Shown here: positions 47,569 to 59,596 of the stretch, piece by piece | Position numbering within the stretch: the first letter of the stretch is position 1 | Layout: each line of letters starts with the position of its first letter | DNA from: an uncultured virus (IMG/VR IMGVR_UViG_3300033074_002116) | Lineage: Duplodnaviria > Heunggongvirae > Uroviricota > Caudoviricetes | Reading direction: 5' to 3' (one strand) | Length of the DNA: 64,000 bases | IMG/VR virus record: IMGVR_UViG_3300033074_002116 | The notes under the pieces: model-generated | Told to the model about the DNA's origin: nothing | Database searches by the model: none | What the model saw: the letters and a program-made list of their open reading frames with translations, nothing else | Program-made: the position numbers and the translations under genes

Positions 47569-48339
47569 TTACTTCGGGCATAATTTGATTGGCTCTCCCA
47601 TTTGAGTTATCTGCAACAACTCCTGCACCGAATCCTTCCATCGGATCTTTGGATTGTCCCGGTTCGCTTCCCAGATCTTCCGCATGTTCTCCTTTGCATT
47701 GATCTCCAGCATCCAATCATACCATGGCATTTCGTTTTCGGCAAAGTCAGACCGGTGCATATGGTTCATGGTGCCGATCCAGATCGTTTCCGTTACCCAT
47801 GGTTGGATGAGCGTAATGAGCGGTTCGGGATCCTTGTCGAGCAATGGTTCCATGGAGACTGATGTTTTGTATCCATGATCGAAGGCATAGGTTAGTGCGC
47901 GGAACCGCTCCTTGATTCCCGGGGCGCCGGGCTCCCAGAACTTCAGAACGTAGTCGTCAATGGAACCTATGGTGAACCGGAACTCGATCTGGTGTTTGTA
48001 CATATTGCATTTCTCACAGATCCATTCTATTGCTGCGAATTCCGGTTTGGATACGATTAGGACGTCGTTGCCTTTCGCTAAAAGTTGAAGCAGGAATTGC
48101 CCCCACCAATCCAAGTGTCGGATATGGGGGTCGTGGGTTGTGGGGAACATTATGCGGTCCTCTTTGTATTTGACCGGTTGCTGGGAGCGGGCATTAGGTT
48201 TCATCTCGTGCCAGTTCTCTTTGGTCCGGCGACCGAAGCGGATGGCGTTCTTTTTCGCGTAGCAGTATGTGCAGTCGTTCTCGCAGCCTTCGATGCAGTT
48301 CTCATTGTTGGGGGCCCATTCTTTGGTTCCGAGAGCCAT
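47569..48339 (-). CDS. Radical-SAM-like phage protein (Gp37Gp68/DUF5131- or SplB-like)
   Basis: NCIEGCENDCTYCYA (CxxxCxxC), LIVSKP, WEPGAP..ER..AL, SVSMEPLL. Confidence 0.75.
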   Translation of the reverse strand: MALGTKEWAPNNENCIEGCENDCTYCYAKKNAIRFGRRTKENWHEMKPNARSQQPVKYKEDRIMFPTTHDPHIRHLDWWGQFLLQLLAKGNDVLIVSKPEFAAIEWICEKCNMYKHQIEFRFTIGSIDDYVLKFWEPGAPGIKERFRALTYAFDHGYKTSVSMEPLLDKDPEPLITLIQPWVTETIWIGTMNHMHRSDFAENEMPWYDWMLEINAKENMRKIWEANRDNPKIRWKDSVQELLQITQMGEPIKLCPK

Positions 48340-48520
48340 GGACAATCTCCGGAATACTCCATCATTTTTTTAAGCGCCGAGCATGTTTCAAAATGGCATT
48401 TTTCTCCATCGAGTTTACAGTTTCCCACTTCGTAGTCGAACTCAAATAGCGGCTGTTGATCATCACCGCGGCTTTTAGTATTCATCGGGCAATACCGTTT
48501 TGCGTCTTCTGCGGTTGGCG

Positions 48521-51500
48521 TCATTCCCCTCCACCACTTACCTCATCCACTTGCATCCACGGAAATAAAACAGAGTTGTCCCTATGCTCTTTGGCATAAT
48601 CTGCTGTATAAGGTACGGCAATGGTTCCACCCATCTTGCAGACAATGACGTGAAGATCGTAACCTTCGCCATCGTTACACATTGTTTCGATATGGCCCTG
48701 CTCTTTATTATCCAAGACCATTTTATTTAGAAGATCCCGGAGTTGCAAGAGTCCCGCTTTGTCGCAGACAATATATGCTTCTTCGTGGAATGCATAATTG
48801 GACCATAGGTGAATTGTGGTTGGTTTTTCTTTTTCGGTCATGATTCTTCCTCGTTAACTGGTACAAATTTTCCTTTTTCTGCCTTATACAAAACCCCCTT
48901 AAATTTTGGACATTGGATTGTGAACATGCATGATGCCAGTTTTTTGTCTGGGTCCGGGATACGCGGCGTGCATTTTTTTCCCGTAAATTTACAATTGCGG
49001 GGGCTTGATCCATCTCCGTGAATGCATGCCATCGAATCGCGCAACATCTCACTTAACGGGTGATATTTATTATTGTACTCCTCAAATTTCTCCGGCGTTT
49101 CTTTGAAATTTTTAAACCGGGAATCTGGGATCTTGCATTTCATCCCGGGTGTTACATGGTTGTCATCTGCATTAATCCAAGGACACGTCGCATATCCGAA
49201 CATGATATGAACGTACCTACACGTTCCGCATCTCCTTTCTGTCATGATTTTTCTCCCCATTCTTTAAGAATCCCAATCTTTAATATCTCCTTTACAAGAT
49301 CGTAAACTTCCTTGATCTCTTTCTCATTTTTACAGGGGCGATACCGGATACTCAACGTTGTCTTTTGACTGAGTTTGTCAAAGGCAATATTGCGGATCCT
49401 TTGTTTCTTTGTGAGGAAATACCCCTGAAGGGTTATACCGGCACACACCTGATCAAATCTCTTTTGGCGTTCTTCTTCTGATGGCGTGTTGATATCCGGG
49501 GCAGGAATTGTTCCGGAGATTGCAGGAAGTCCTTCTTTGTTCCCGAAGATCTCAATTGTTCCGTCATCGTAATATTTTGCGAATGGGAATTCTTTCATGC
49601 GGGGTGCTCCTTTTCAATTTACACAATCGCGGTTTAATATTTGCGCAAGAATTTTTGTGTTTCTTTCGGCATCTTCTTCACTCAAAGGAAGGTTATCTTT
49701 TATTGCTTCGCGCAATTCTCCTTCAGATATAGGATAGTATCGCACCGCCGGGTCAAGTCCGGTCAGAGGTTGATTTTCTTTCTGGAGATCCTGAATCATT
49801 TTCCCATGAGCACGATTGATCTGATCGTGAGCTTTGGATGCAATTTCCAAGGCATCAAGCCGTATATCAAAGTCAATTTGTTTCTTTGCGTAGGCATCGA
49901 TCCTACGCCCCCGGACTTCGATATCGTAGTGAAGTGCACCGGCAACGGTATTTTCTTTGCATGTCTGTTGCTGCATCTCCGGTACTGTTGGCTCTTTCTT
50001 TACTGGGGTGCAATCACATGGACACATAATCGAGAACGATTTTTCGCAGTTTTTTGTATGGGTGTGTGGCTCGTGGTGAGGGCAATTTAAACAGTCCAAA
50101 CCTCCTTTAAAGTTTGGACAGATCCACAGTTCCGGTTCTTTCTGAACAGTCTCCGGCTCATCCTTTGGTGGCTCTTTCTGCCCGGGTTTCTTTCCAAGCG
50201 GACACCTTCCGGAACTAATAAGCTTCAGGCAATATTTCAATTCTCCACAAAAAGACATGTACCATTTATGGCAGGTTCCTTCGGTCATTAGTTCTTCGCA
50301 GAATGTTTTATTTTCCTCGTCGTTTTTTGCCCAGTTGTAAAAACATCCGGAGCAATCACGTTTGCAGGATTCTGGGCACCGATTCTCTTTTGCCTTCTCC
50401 AGATCGTTTACCTTCTGTAGAAGACGGTTGTTTTCTTTTGAGAGCTTTGCAAATGTAATGCTATGATCCTGAAGGAGTTTGTTGCGTTTATTTATCTCAT
50501 CTTTAAGATGATCAATCTCGGTGCTTGCCTTACGCAGACGATCCCGCGGGCCATTAAGGTAATGAGGTTCTGCCGCGAGCTCGCAACATTTATGGATAAG
50601 CCGATCAATTTCCTGATCTTTATCTTCACAAGTCTTTTTGAGCTGGGCAATCTCTGCATCCTTCTCGGCGGGGGCCTCCCCACCGACACGAATATCAAAC
50701 TCCCCGCGCTCGATCTGCTTTTTCAGATCGTTATAACACAGGATTTTATCCCACACCTTCAGTATTGCCGCCTTATCCAGATAGTCTGCCGTGCCGATTG
50801 TCATGCCGGGATCTTTGGGTTCTGCCGGTTTGGTTATGCGATTCCCCCAAATTACGGCGGGTTGTTCACGATCATTTGAGACGTAACACTCTTTGATCGC
50901 TCCAACACTGCACGCTATTTCAAACCAGCAATTATGACCGACACATCGCTTTTTGCTGTCTTTTTCCGTCAAGCCGCGGAATTCCTCACGGTCTTTTTGA
51001 ATGTCCGACAGAGAGCCCCACTTGGAATTCGAGAGCATAGTAAACCCCTTGTTGAGTTTGCTCGGATCTGTCGGTCCGGTTGTCAAGGATTCCTTTATTA
51101 CTACCGGTTCCTGCCATTCTTCTAGCGGGCAATCGGGACGGATTTTATTGCTCGCGCAAATGAGTTTGTTGGATAATGGGCAAAAACCAAAAGTGATCCC
51201 AGGTTTAATTGAGCATTCCCCACATGATTCAACCTTCAATACCTTTCCATCTTTAAGTCTGATCTGCTTCGTCATGATTTGATCACTCCTTTTCCTTTAC
51301 GATTCCATTAGCTACCCATTCACATGCAAGTTCCTGCGCTTCTTTAAGCGGGAAATTTGCGCCGAGCCATTTTTCCCCCAGGGGGCCGAGCTCCTCACCA
51401 TAACTACGCAGGCTGCAACCCCAAAGATCTTCTTTTGGTTTGGCGTTTGCGTTGTGGTAAATTTCGGCATAGCGGTCGTTTTCTGGAACGTTTTTTATAG

Positions 51501-51717
51501 AGTGCCTGGTGCTACCTCCCCAAAACTGCTCTTTACATAAAGGAACCCCTTTATAAAATATCCATATACTTGAAATATCATCTATTGTTTCACTAATAGA
51601 TTCGATTTGCTTATCCAGCTTTTTTAAGGCACGTCTGATGGAAATTCTTTTCTTTGTTAATTCAGAACGCTGCTTTTTTAATTCGCCGAGTTTTTGGATG
51701 TCCTTTTCAGAGTACAT
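48521..51717 (-). other. Hypothetical genes 48521-48841, 48838-49260, 49242-49598, 49614-51275 (Cys-rich, coiled coil), 51283-51717
   Basis: Co-directional coupled ORFs, many Cys clusters. Confidence 0.6.
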
Positions 51718-52453
51718 TGTTTTTTACACCAACCTTTCCTTTCCAATTTTTTTTCTGTTTATATCCCCGCTTGCATTGTGCTGCTGCTTTGGCCGAGGAA
51801 TGCTCGCAAGCCCCACCCAGCCGACATCGCTGACCGGATATCCGGAATGTGCAGGGATGCTTGATCTGTTCGGTACGTTTTCTCTGGACCCGGTTTTTGT
51901 TGAACTGCCGGATGCCCTCTTTGAATGCCACTACGTTGGCGTCATGCTTTTCTTTTTCTTCCGGGTGCTTTTCGTTATAGCAGGTCCGGCACATATCTGA
52001 TCCGCATACCATGTACCTTTCGCCACAGACCGGGCAGAGCTCCAGATTGTGATGGTGTGCATAATGGCAGGCTGGGCAATCTACTTTGCACCCGCACGAA
52101 TCCAGATCCGGATACTCCCCGTTTTTGTAGGAGTCGGGATCCGGATGATGGGGCAATACGCCGTCTTTGATTACGATTCCTTCGGGGTGTTTTAAAGAGG
52201 GTTTGAGATGATCTTCGCAGGGACGCTTCCGATCATACCAGTATGTTCCGAGGAATGCGAGGTTTCCGGCTTCTCCGACTTGTAGCCCTTCTTCCTCCGT
52301 TATCCCTTTTATCATTAATGGCAAGGTGATGCCGAGGAATGCTGCCCGGTTACGTGTCCATTCTTCGGAATTGTGAATGGTATGGAGCTTTGCCCGGCGC
52401 GTTATTGTGCGGCGTTCTTCCGGGCAGGATCCGATTCGGGTTTGGGCAAGCAT
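51707..52453 (-). CDS. HNH-like/Zn-finger protein
   Basis: SEEWTRNRAAFL...LPHHP...CPACHYAHH, CPVC...CRTC. Confidence 0.55.
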   Translation of the reverse strand: MLAQTRIGSCPEERRTITRRAKLHTIHNSEEWTRNRAAFLGITLPLMIKGITEEEGLQVGEAGNLAFLGTYWYDRKRPCEDHLKPSLKHPEGIVIKDGVLPHHPDPDSYKNGEYPDLDSCGCKVDCPACHYAHHHNLELCPVCGERYMVCGSDMCRTCYNEKHPEEKEKHDANVVAFKEGIRQFNKNRVQRKRTEQIKHPCTFRISGQRCRLGGACEHSSAKAAAQCKRGYKQKKNWKGKVGVKNNVL

Positions 52454-52473
52454 TGTTATCCCTGTTTAAATTT

Positions 52474-55056
52474 TCATGTCTTTGACAGCGCAGGCACAAC
52501 CCAGATTTTGTATTCCGGATTTGCCATTATTTTTGCAACTTTCTTGTGGTCATCAAAGTCTTTAGGATCCCGATTTAACACCCAATCAAGATGCGTATAC
52601 TGCGTAACCTTCCCCCAGTACTGGGCATAGATTCCCGTTACGAATTTGTCGAGATTCCCAATATAACCCAATGTGTCTTTGATCGAATCGGAGGTTTTTT
52701 GTTTGCCTTTGCTATCGATAAACGTAAGACGTCCAGATGCCAGGAATTTTGATGCTTGATCTTTTGTCTTAATTTGAGAGAGGGTGGTTATGGTGTTTAA
52801 CAATTGTTCTGATTTGTAATCACTCGCTTCATCATTTCGAATGACCCTGCGGACAAACTGATAGCCTTTGTTATTTGTTTTTTTATCCACCAACATTGCC
52901 CGAGATAGTTTTGCCATTGCCGGGAATTCATGGCAATAATGACCTGCATGTTTATCAAAGTCGTCATAGGTGAAGAAAAACCAAAGGGCTTCTTCTTTGA
53001 CGAGTTTCTTAAAGATCTTCCTTCCTTTTTTATATGCAGAGTCTTCATCCTTGGCGAAGACGATTACTCCGGTTAGATCACGACCCATGGTTTAGTTCTC
53101 CCCTTTTGCTTCTCTTTCTTTAAGCCAATCGCTCTGGCTTCCGAATACTGCTACAACTTTTTCCGGATCGGTCTCCGTTCTCGGCAACTCACCGAGATAT
53201 TGCAGCTCTACAAATTCGGATAGGTTTTTTACTACGAAGGGTTCCGGGTGAGACAGTGCCAGCAATGAGCCCTCTTCTCCCGGGTGCTCTTTATATTTTA
53301 TGATACGGTGCCAGCACCAGTTCGGGTTTTTGGTTTTTCGGGCCATGGTTATGCTCCATTCTCTTTAAGGTACTTTTCTACCATTTCGCGTACTGCTGGC
53401 GCTTTGCTTTTCGGAACCTCAAACGTCACAAATTCGTAGTCTATTCCTGTTTTCCATTTTATAAATTCGTCAACGAACTCAAGGAAATCATTATTGTTTT
53501 CCGGATCGTTACCCTGATAGCAGATAGTGAGGCAATCCCGTTCAACGGTTATCTCTTCTGTTGGAGTGAAATGCCCCGGGCCCTCCCAGAATGCATCATC
53601 AACAAACTCTTCGTCGCCTTCAAAATACCAATCGTCTGAAAGCGATTGGGCAAATGCCCACAACTCCTGAAGCGTTAAGGTTATCTTGGCTTGCTTTCTT
53701 GGCATGGTTATCCCTCCGGAATTTCAATCCAGGCAATATCTTCAATCTGGCTGCAATTGATTTCCTTTGAATGTAGATCGTTCATTACACATTTGTCGCA
53801 AGCATCCGGGGCGTCGCCGCATTCGGTTGTTAATGTATTAATTTCCAATGCGGCTTTCTTCATGATCCAGAGCCGGTCGATTATCATCTGGCGTTTGTTA
53901 CTCATTCCTTGTCAACTCCTTTTTACGCTTTTGTCAAGGGGGCTTCCGCCCCCTGACGGAGACCCCCCGTTTTTTGTTGGTGTGCCTCTTTTATTGCTAA
54001 CCACATATTGTACATTAATGTTCTGGGGTAATCACCATTATCTTGCGCATCTTTAACAAATTCTGGGTCGCAAATGATATCGTCAAAATGCTTGAACCTT
54101 GTATAAATTGCTTCAATGGGATCAACCTCCGGGGGTGTGGGGGTCGGCGACCCCCGCGACTCTGAACCATTCATAATAATTCCCCATTCCTTTCCCGCGC
54201 TTTTTGGATAAATTCCCGGATATCATGATATCCCTCAATTATCCCTTTTCGAAATGCTGATGGATTTTCCCTATCGCTCTCGGACATTCTCGCAATCCGC
54301 TTATCAAGTTCGATTACGACATCCACCAATTTCGTCATATTTAAATCACCTTCTCATAAGCCTCTTTAACAAGGCTAAGAATAATCTCAGTATCTGTCTC
54401 TCCTAAGGGATGGCCGGGAACTTGCCGGAGATTATCGAGCATTGCGCTTACTTCTTTGGTTCGGGCTATTAGGATGGCTTCGGGAACGTTATTTTTAAAC
54501 GCGGCTGCAAGTCGTTCGTTGAGGGGTTCGGAAGCTTTGCGAAATTCGGAGATATTGTCAAGGGGGCAAGCCCCCTGACGGAGACCCCCGGACTGTACTG
54601 CTAAAAGGGGGACAACGGTTTTCCCCTCCAAGAATTTTGAAGCATCGGTTTCTGCTTCTTTGGCAAGGTCCATTACAAGATCGTGGAAGGATTTTGGGAC
54701 TCGGAGATTTTCCCGGGGTTCGTTGGATTTTCGTGCGGCCATTATAATTACCCCCCATTGTTATCTACAACAATCGCACCGGCTTCGCCTTCAGTGAGGA
54801 GTTCATCGCAAGTGGCATATCCTTCAGACTTCCAAGAATCATTGCGATCTGACTCCACTGCGATAAGTCGAGCTTCCCTCGCGGTTTCGGCACGAACCAC
54901 AAGATTTTGATTCATTATATATCCGGTGAAATCAGCCTTTGCTTTTATTAACCAAAGTTTCATACATAATACATGTTCGCCATATATTAAATATCTTTCT
55001 ATCAGAATCGGTGAGGGCGTTTTGACTTTTCGCTTTTGCCATTTTGAGATGTACAT
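52474..55056 (-). other. Cluster of hypothetical genes (52474-53088, 53092-53346, 53349-53705, 53708-53905, 53923-54174, 54171-54338, 54341-54742 with RHH-like N-terminus)
   Basis: Tightly coupled ORFs; ENLRVPKSFHDLVMDLA RHH-like. Confidence 0.6.
53931..54589. repeat. Two direct copies of a ~35-bp palindromic element (53931-53967, 54555-54589)
   Basis: TTGTCAAGGGGGC-(TTCC|AA)-GCCCCCTGACGGAGACCCCC. Confidence 0.8.
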
Positions 55057-55392
55057 CTTAAAATTTTATCAAGGCAAAAGAAACCCGTATAGACATTGTT
55101 GGGGCAAACGCGGGCCGCATGGACATCCTAACACCCCGTATGAATTGATTGGACAATCAACAGGAAACAAAGGTTTACCGGATTTTACAAATTGCTTATT
55201 TACCTCGGATAGTGAGTTTTACGATCTGTTGTCCCGCCCCTCTTTTTGACCCGCCAACACCGCGAACTTCCAAGACGCTATCACCTGTTATGGAAATGTT
55301 AGACATTCTGACGTAGGGTTTGGTGAATACCTGCCTGAACATATTTAAGCGTTACTGAAATTTCCAAGCATGGGTGATTGCCAATCTCTTTC

Positions 55393-55513
55393 TTATTTTG
55401 CGGGGGCTCGTTTCCACTGGAGATTCCTTGTCAGGGGTTGTTTTCCGGTTCCATTGGAAACAAAGGAGGCGGGGTTGTCCGCAATAATAATTCCCGCCGA
55501 TCCCGCAAAATAA
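55393..55513. ncRNA. Putative three-way-junction RNA or cis element
   Basis: TTATTTTGCGGG/CCCGCAAAATAA 12-bp closing stem; inner GTTTCCAcTGGA/TCCAtTGGAAAC and GGCGGG/CCCGCC stems. Confidence 0.45.
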
Positions 55514-55897
55514 CCGTAACATTTATCTTGATTTAAGTTACATATTTGTGTGTATGACCTTTGAGTCCTTTGACTGGGCAGGCGTGCGGAAAACTCTCGC
55601 AGTAGCCCGGGCTGTTGTCCGGAAACGATGCTCCTGCGAGAAAGACCGTCTCCTGCGCAGGCACCTGGACGGCAAGGTCAAGATGCTTTCAGGAGGTGTT
55701 GTGCCGTGCAGTGCGTTGATGAGTTCCAGACCCGTATCGCAGAAACCCGACCGGGATCCGGAGAGTTCCGAATTATCGGGACGTTCCGTTTCGAGGGACT
55801 CACGCAGGAAGAGGCTGAGCGCCGCCTGAAGCGGTTCAGAGAATATTTATCTTTATTTTTGAATGGTTTTGAAAAGAGATTGAAGAGGGTTTAAATC

Positions 55898-58383
55898 ATG
55901 ACTGAAACTAAAAATGAATATCGTTGTGAGACCTGCCAGAATAATAATTGCGACTTAAGTAATGCATCTTTTGAAAAAGCGAAGAAAGAGAATATCTTAT
56001 ATATTGGTCGGATTATGGTAATGAGGTGCACTACAGAAATCCATGGTTGTTTCTCACATTCGGCAATTGCAAAACAGAACCCGCCATACCAAGCTCTTGT
56101 CGATCACATCCGCTGGACCCAAAACCTCTGGCGGCATGGCATTGAGATCATGCGGAAAAACAATCTGGTGATTGCTTCCGATACCCCTATGGAGAAACTG
56201 GCTTTTACTTTTTATATGGATCTTTGCGAGATTGATTCCCGGGCACTGCATCTTTTCTGTGAGGGGCCGGGAGATGAGAACTATAAGGATCAGACCGTGA
56301 TTCAGGCGTGGGAGATTGTTCCTTATCCGCGACCATATGAAGAGGCGATAAAACAGGCGGCTCGCGAAGAGCTTTTGGATATCCTCGATCTTGAATGCGA
56401 AGAAATCAAATCGAGAATCGAATCTTCAGCAATGGGTCAACCCTTATCAGAAGAATCGCGTGGAAGAATAGTTGGATTGCTTGATGCTCGTGTCAAAATA
56501 AAATCTCTACGATCTACAGTTACAAGACAAGAAAGAGAGAGGCAGGGATAATTATCAGAGTCGATGATTTTATGAAATGTATTGCGCTATCTTCCGATGG
56601 GTTTTGCGCTCGTATTGATGGATGCCGCAAATGCCAAGAAGTGCGGGAAAAACAAGAATGCCCAGAAGGATTCGCCCATATTGCCGGATCGACCGAAATG
56701 GATATTGAAATTCTTCCCGGTCCAAAAGTACAATGCCCCGTAAATGGTTGGCAACTTATAACCCATTGTGAGAGTGATCGCATTTATCGTTACGGAAATC
56801 AACCGTGCCCGTTTTATCAAGGACGCAAAGAGCTCATTGATCTTAAGGGAGAATATTTTAAAGTTATTCATTGCCTTGCTGAAAAGTTACGAAAAGATAT
56901 CCAAAAATAAAAGGAGCGATAACATGACCGATGATCAACCAAACTATCTCTGCAACGATGACGATCTCAATTCCCTTACGGATTATTTTAATGCGGCTCT
57001 TGCCGGTGAAGAATCGAAAAGCCGGTTGCGGCAAATGTGGGAGCAGGAGATTGGGATTATTAAGGTGACACATCCTGCTTTAAAGTGGCCATGGCAAAAC
57101 GAATCGTTCTTTAAAGGAAGAGGATCGCTTTCAACGTATGGTGACCGGGATCTTGGAGAGGGTATATCGTATCCCCAATGCCGGTTTGCCGGTAAATATC
57201 ATAAAGATGAAAATGATTGCAACTGCTGCCATCCCAATACCGGGGATGTGTTCTTTTGCGCCACTCACCATATTGCAGGACAACCACGATGCCCCGGAGA
57301 ATTGGCCAACAATAACAACCCGGTCCCGAATTCCAAAGAGCTGATCCTGCTTGCGGAAACTGACTGGCATAACCGCGAAGAGCGAAAACACCGGTATGAG
57401 ATGATCCCATGGACTATGGGTTGGATGGCCGGATTTCTTTCTGAGCGGAAATCATATTGGCCGAAAGTGCATGAAGCGGCGGTGCGAAAGGATGAACGGG
57501 AAAAGGTGCTTAGTATAATTAATGAGGAGAACAATGCCCGTCTTAAAGGATTGGAAATACTGTTTGCAACCCCCGCGGATAAACGTGCTGAACTGGCGCA
57601 AGATGTTTATTTGAAAGAAGCATATTTTGAACTTACTCTTGTTAAACACCTTGTTGAATCGCTTCATACCACAACCCCCACTCAGGAGCCCCCCCATGGG
57701 CCGTAAACCCGCGCCGCGAACACTGGTGAGCCTGCGGCAGGGAACGATGCAAGTCCTGGAGAAGTACTATGGTGCGGATCCCAACGATAAGATCCTTACG
57801 ATGAATGGGATTATCGAGGGCATGGAGCGGGCTGCTTCGGTTGCGGGGAAAGTGCCAGGATCGCATGTAGGGGCGGAGCCCCTTCCGTCTTCTGGAAAGA
57901 AATCCTAAAAGGCAAACGGTAGCGCAAATATTTTATATTATTCTAACTAATTCTATTTTATGCCAAACGTAATGGATGAGATTAAAACGTTCTTAAACGA
58001 GACGTTAAAAGATAATGAGCGTGTGGACTTCCACGATCATGACTGGTCCGGATATATAGTGTCATTTCATTCGTTGTCGAAACATCAGTTATATGAACAG
58101 TCGTATTATATGGCGTATTGCACTCAAAAATATTTAACGATAGATGAAGTGATCAATGTTGTTAAAAGGTATCTTGAAGATTTCCGCGAAAATGTTGTGG
58201 GGGATTAAAATGCCAACACAAAAAAATGGTAAAGTATATTGTGATTGTGGATCGCTCATGAGATACCGCAGGCGCACAAATGATTATGCCTGTACCCAAT
58301 GCCCGAAGACCGTCCCGCTGGCGGAGCTTACCCCATTGGAGCCGGTGAAAAAATCTTCGTCGGAGGAACATGTCGCCAGTTGA
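55898..58383 (+). other. Hypothetical genes 55898-56551, 56572-56910, 56924-57706, 57696-57908, 57960-58208, 58210-58383 (Zn ribbon)
   Basis: Co-directional ORFs with Cys clusters. Confidence 0.6.
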
Positions 58384-59260
58384 AGGGGTGGTAGATCCAA
58401 CCACCCCTTTGGCGTTGACCGTCAAAGAGACTCCTTTCCAAGGGTTTGCAATACGGCTTGCAACAATTGATGGGAAAATGCTAATGCCATTGGTAGACAT
58501 TGCAAATGCATTATCGATGGATAGAAGCAATCTCAACAAACTTCTGAAACGTAATTTAAAATTATTTGAAGGAGAGAACCGGTTAATTAAGTTCACCACT
58601 CCCGGTGGGGCACAAGATTTGATGTGTGTCACTGAAAAAGGTGCCATAGGGCTCCTTTATAAAGTTGATGCTGCCAGATCCAAAGTTCCCGAAATTGAAA
58701 AAAGAATTATTGATTTCCAAAAATGGGCAACCGAAACTATACAGAAAGAAATGCAGATCCAATCAAAGCCCCCGGTTCAGGAAACGGTTCGTCCGGCTAG
58801 TGGAACTGTGAGCGAAGTTATGGGCCGGTATATGGAGGGGGCCCGGGCAGCTTCCCGCGAGATGGGCGTTCCCCTGGATCTTGCCATGGCTAAGGCTTTG
58901 TTTCTTGCCGGCCGCGATCTGCATATGGACCTTACCGGATTTGCCCGGCTCCTGCCCGCTTCACCGACCGGTAATGATCGGCTTGCAATTGCCCCTCCTA
59001 TCAGTACCTTCCGGCACGATGGATACCTGAGTGCTGAGGAGATCGCAATGCGGCTTGGCGGTGAGCTCCGCGGGAAGAATGTAAACAAGTACCTGAAGAA
59101 CCATGGCTTCGTCTATAAGAACGAAGAGAAGCGATGGTGCATGACGGATCTTGGGGCACAGTATGGGCGGGTGTTCCCTTATGCTGCCGGGTCCGGCCAT
59201 GTGGGTTATTATATTTGCTGGAGGCCGGAAGTTATGAGGGCAAGCGGGATGTTAAGGTAA
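58370..59260 (+). CDS. Bro-N domain antirepressor-like protein
   Basis: DIANAL...FTTPGGAQDLMCVTEKG...FQKW; C-terminal LSAEEIA..VNKYLKNHG..WCMTDLG. Confidence 0.8.
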   Translation: MSPVEGVVDPTTPLALTVKETPFQGFAIRLATIDGKMLMPLVDIANALSMDRSNLNKLLKRNLKLFEGENRLIKFTTPGGAQDLMCVTEKGAIGLLYKVDAARSKVPEIEKRIIDFQKWATETIQKEMQIQSKPPVQETVRPASGTVSEVMGRYMEGARAASREMGVPLDLAMAKALFLAGRDLHMDLTGFARLLPASPTGNDRLAIAPPISTFRHDGYLSAEEIAMRLGGELRGKNVNKYLKNHGFVYKNEEKRWCMTDLGAQYGRVFPYAAGSGHVGYYICWRPEVMRASGMLR

Positions 59261-59596
59261 TTTCTCTTTTTGTCAACGCCGGTGTTTGATGTAACATCAA
59301 GAATGTTTTGAAGCGGCTTGGACAAAAAGTCCCCAGACTGGGACATACTTCAAGGCAGCCGGGGACAAATAATCATTCTCTCGCCCCCTTCCACTTCCTC
59401 CACAACCTCTTCTCAAATGGCTCGCACTTCATCTGCATGACTGCGCACCCGTACAGATCCGCGCAATCCCGGCACCGCGGGTTCTCCTGCAAGAACTTCG
59501 TATAGCTGGCGTTGGCTTGCAACTCCGGCCATATGGGCCAGTCCTGGCTTTCGCGTTCCAGAACAATGCGTTTCTTGTAGAGCGGGAGATTCTTTT

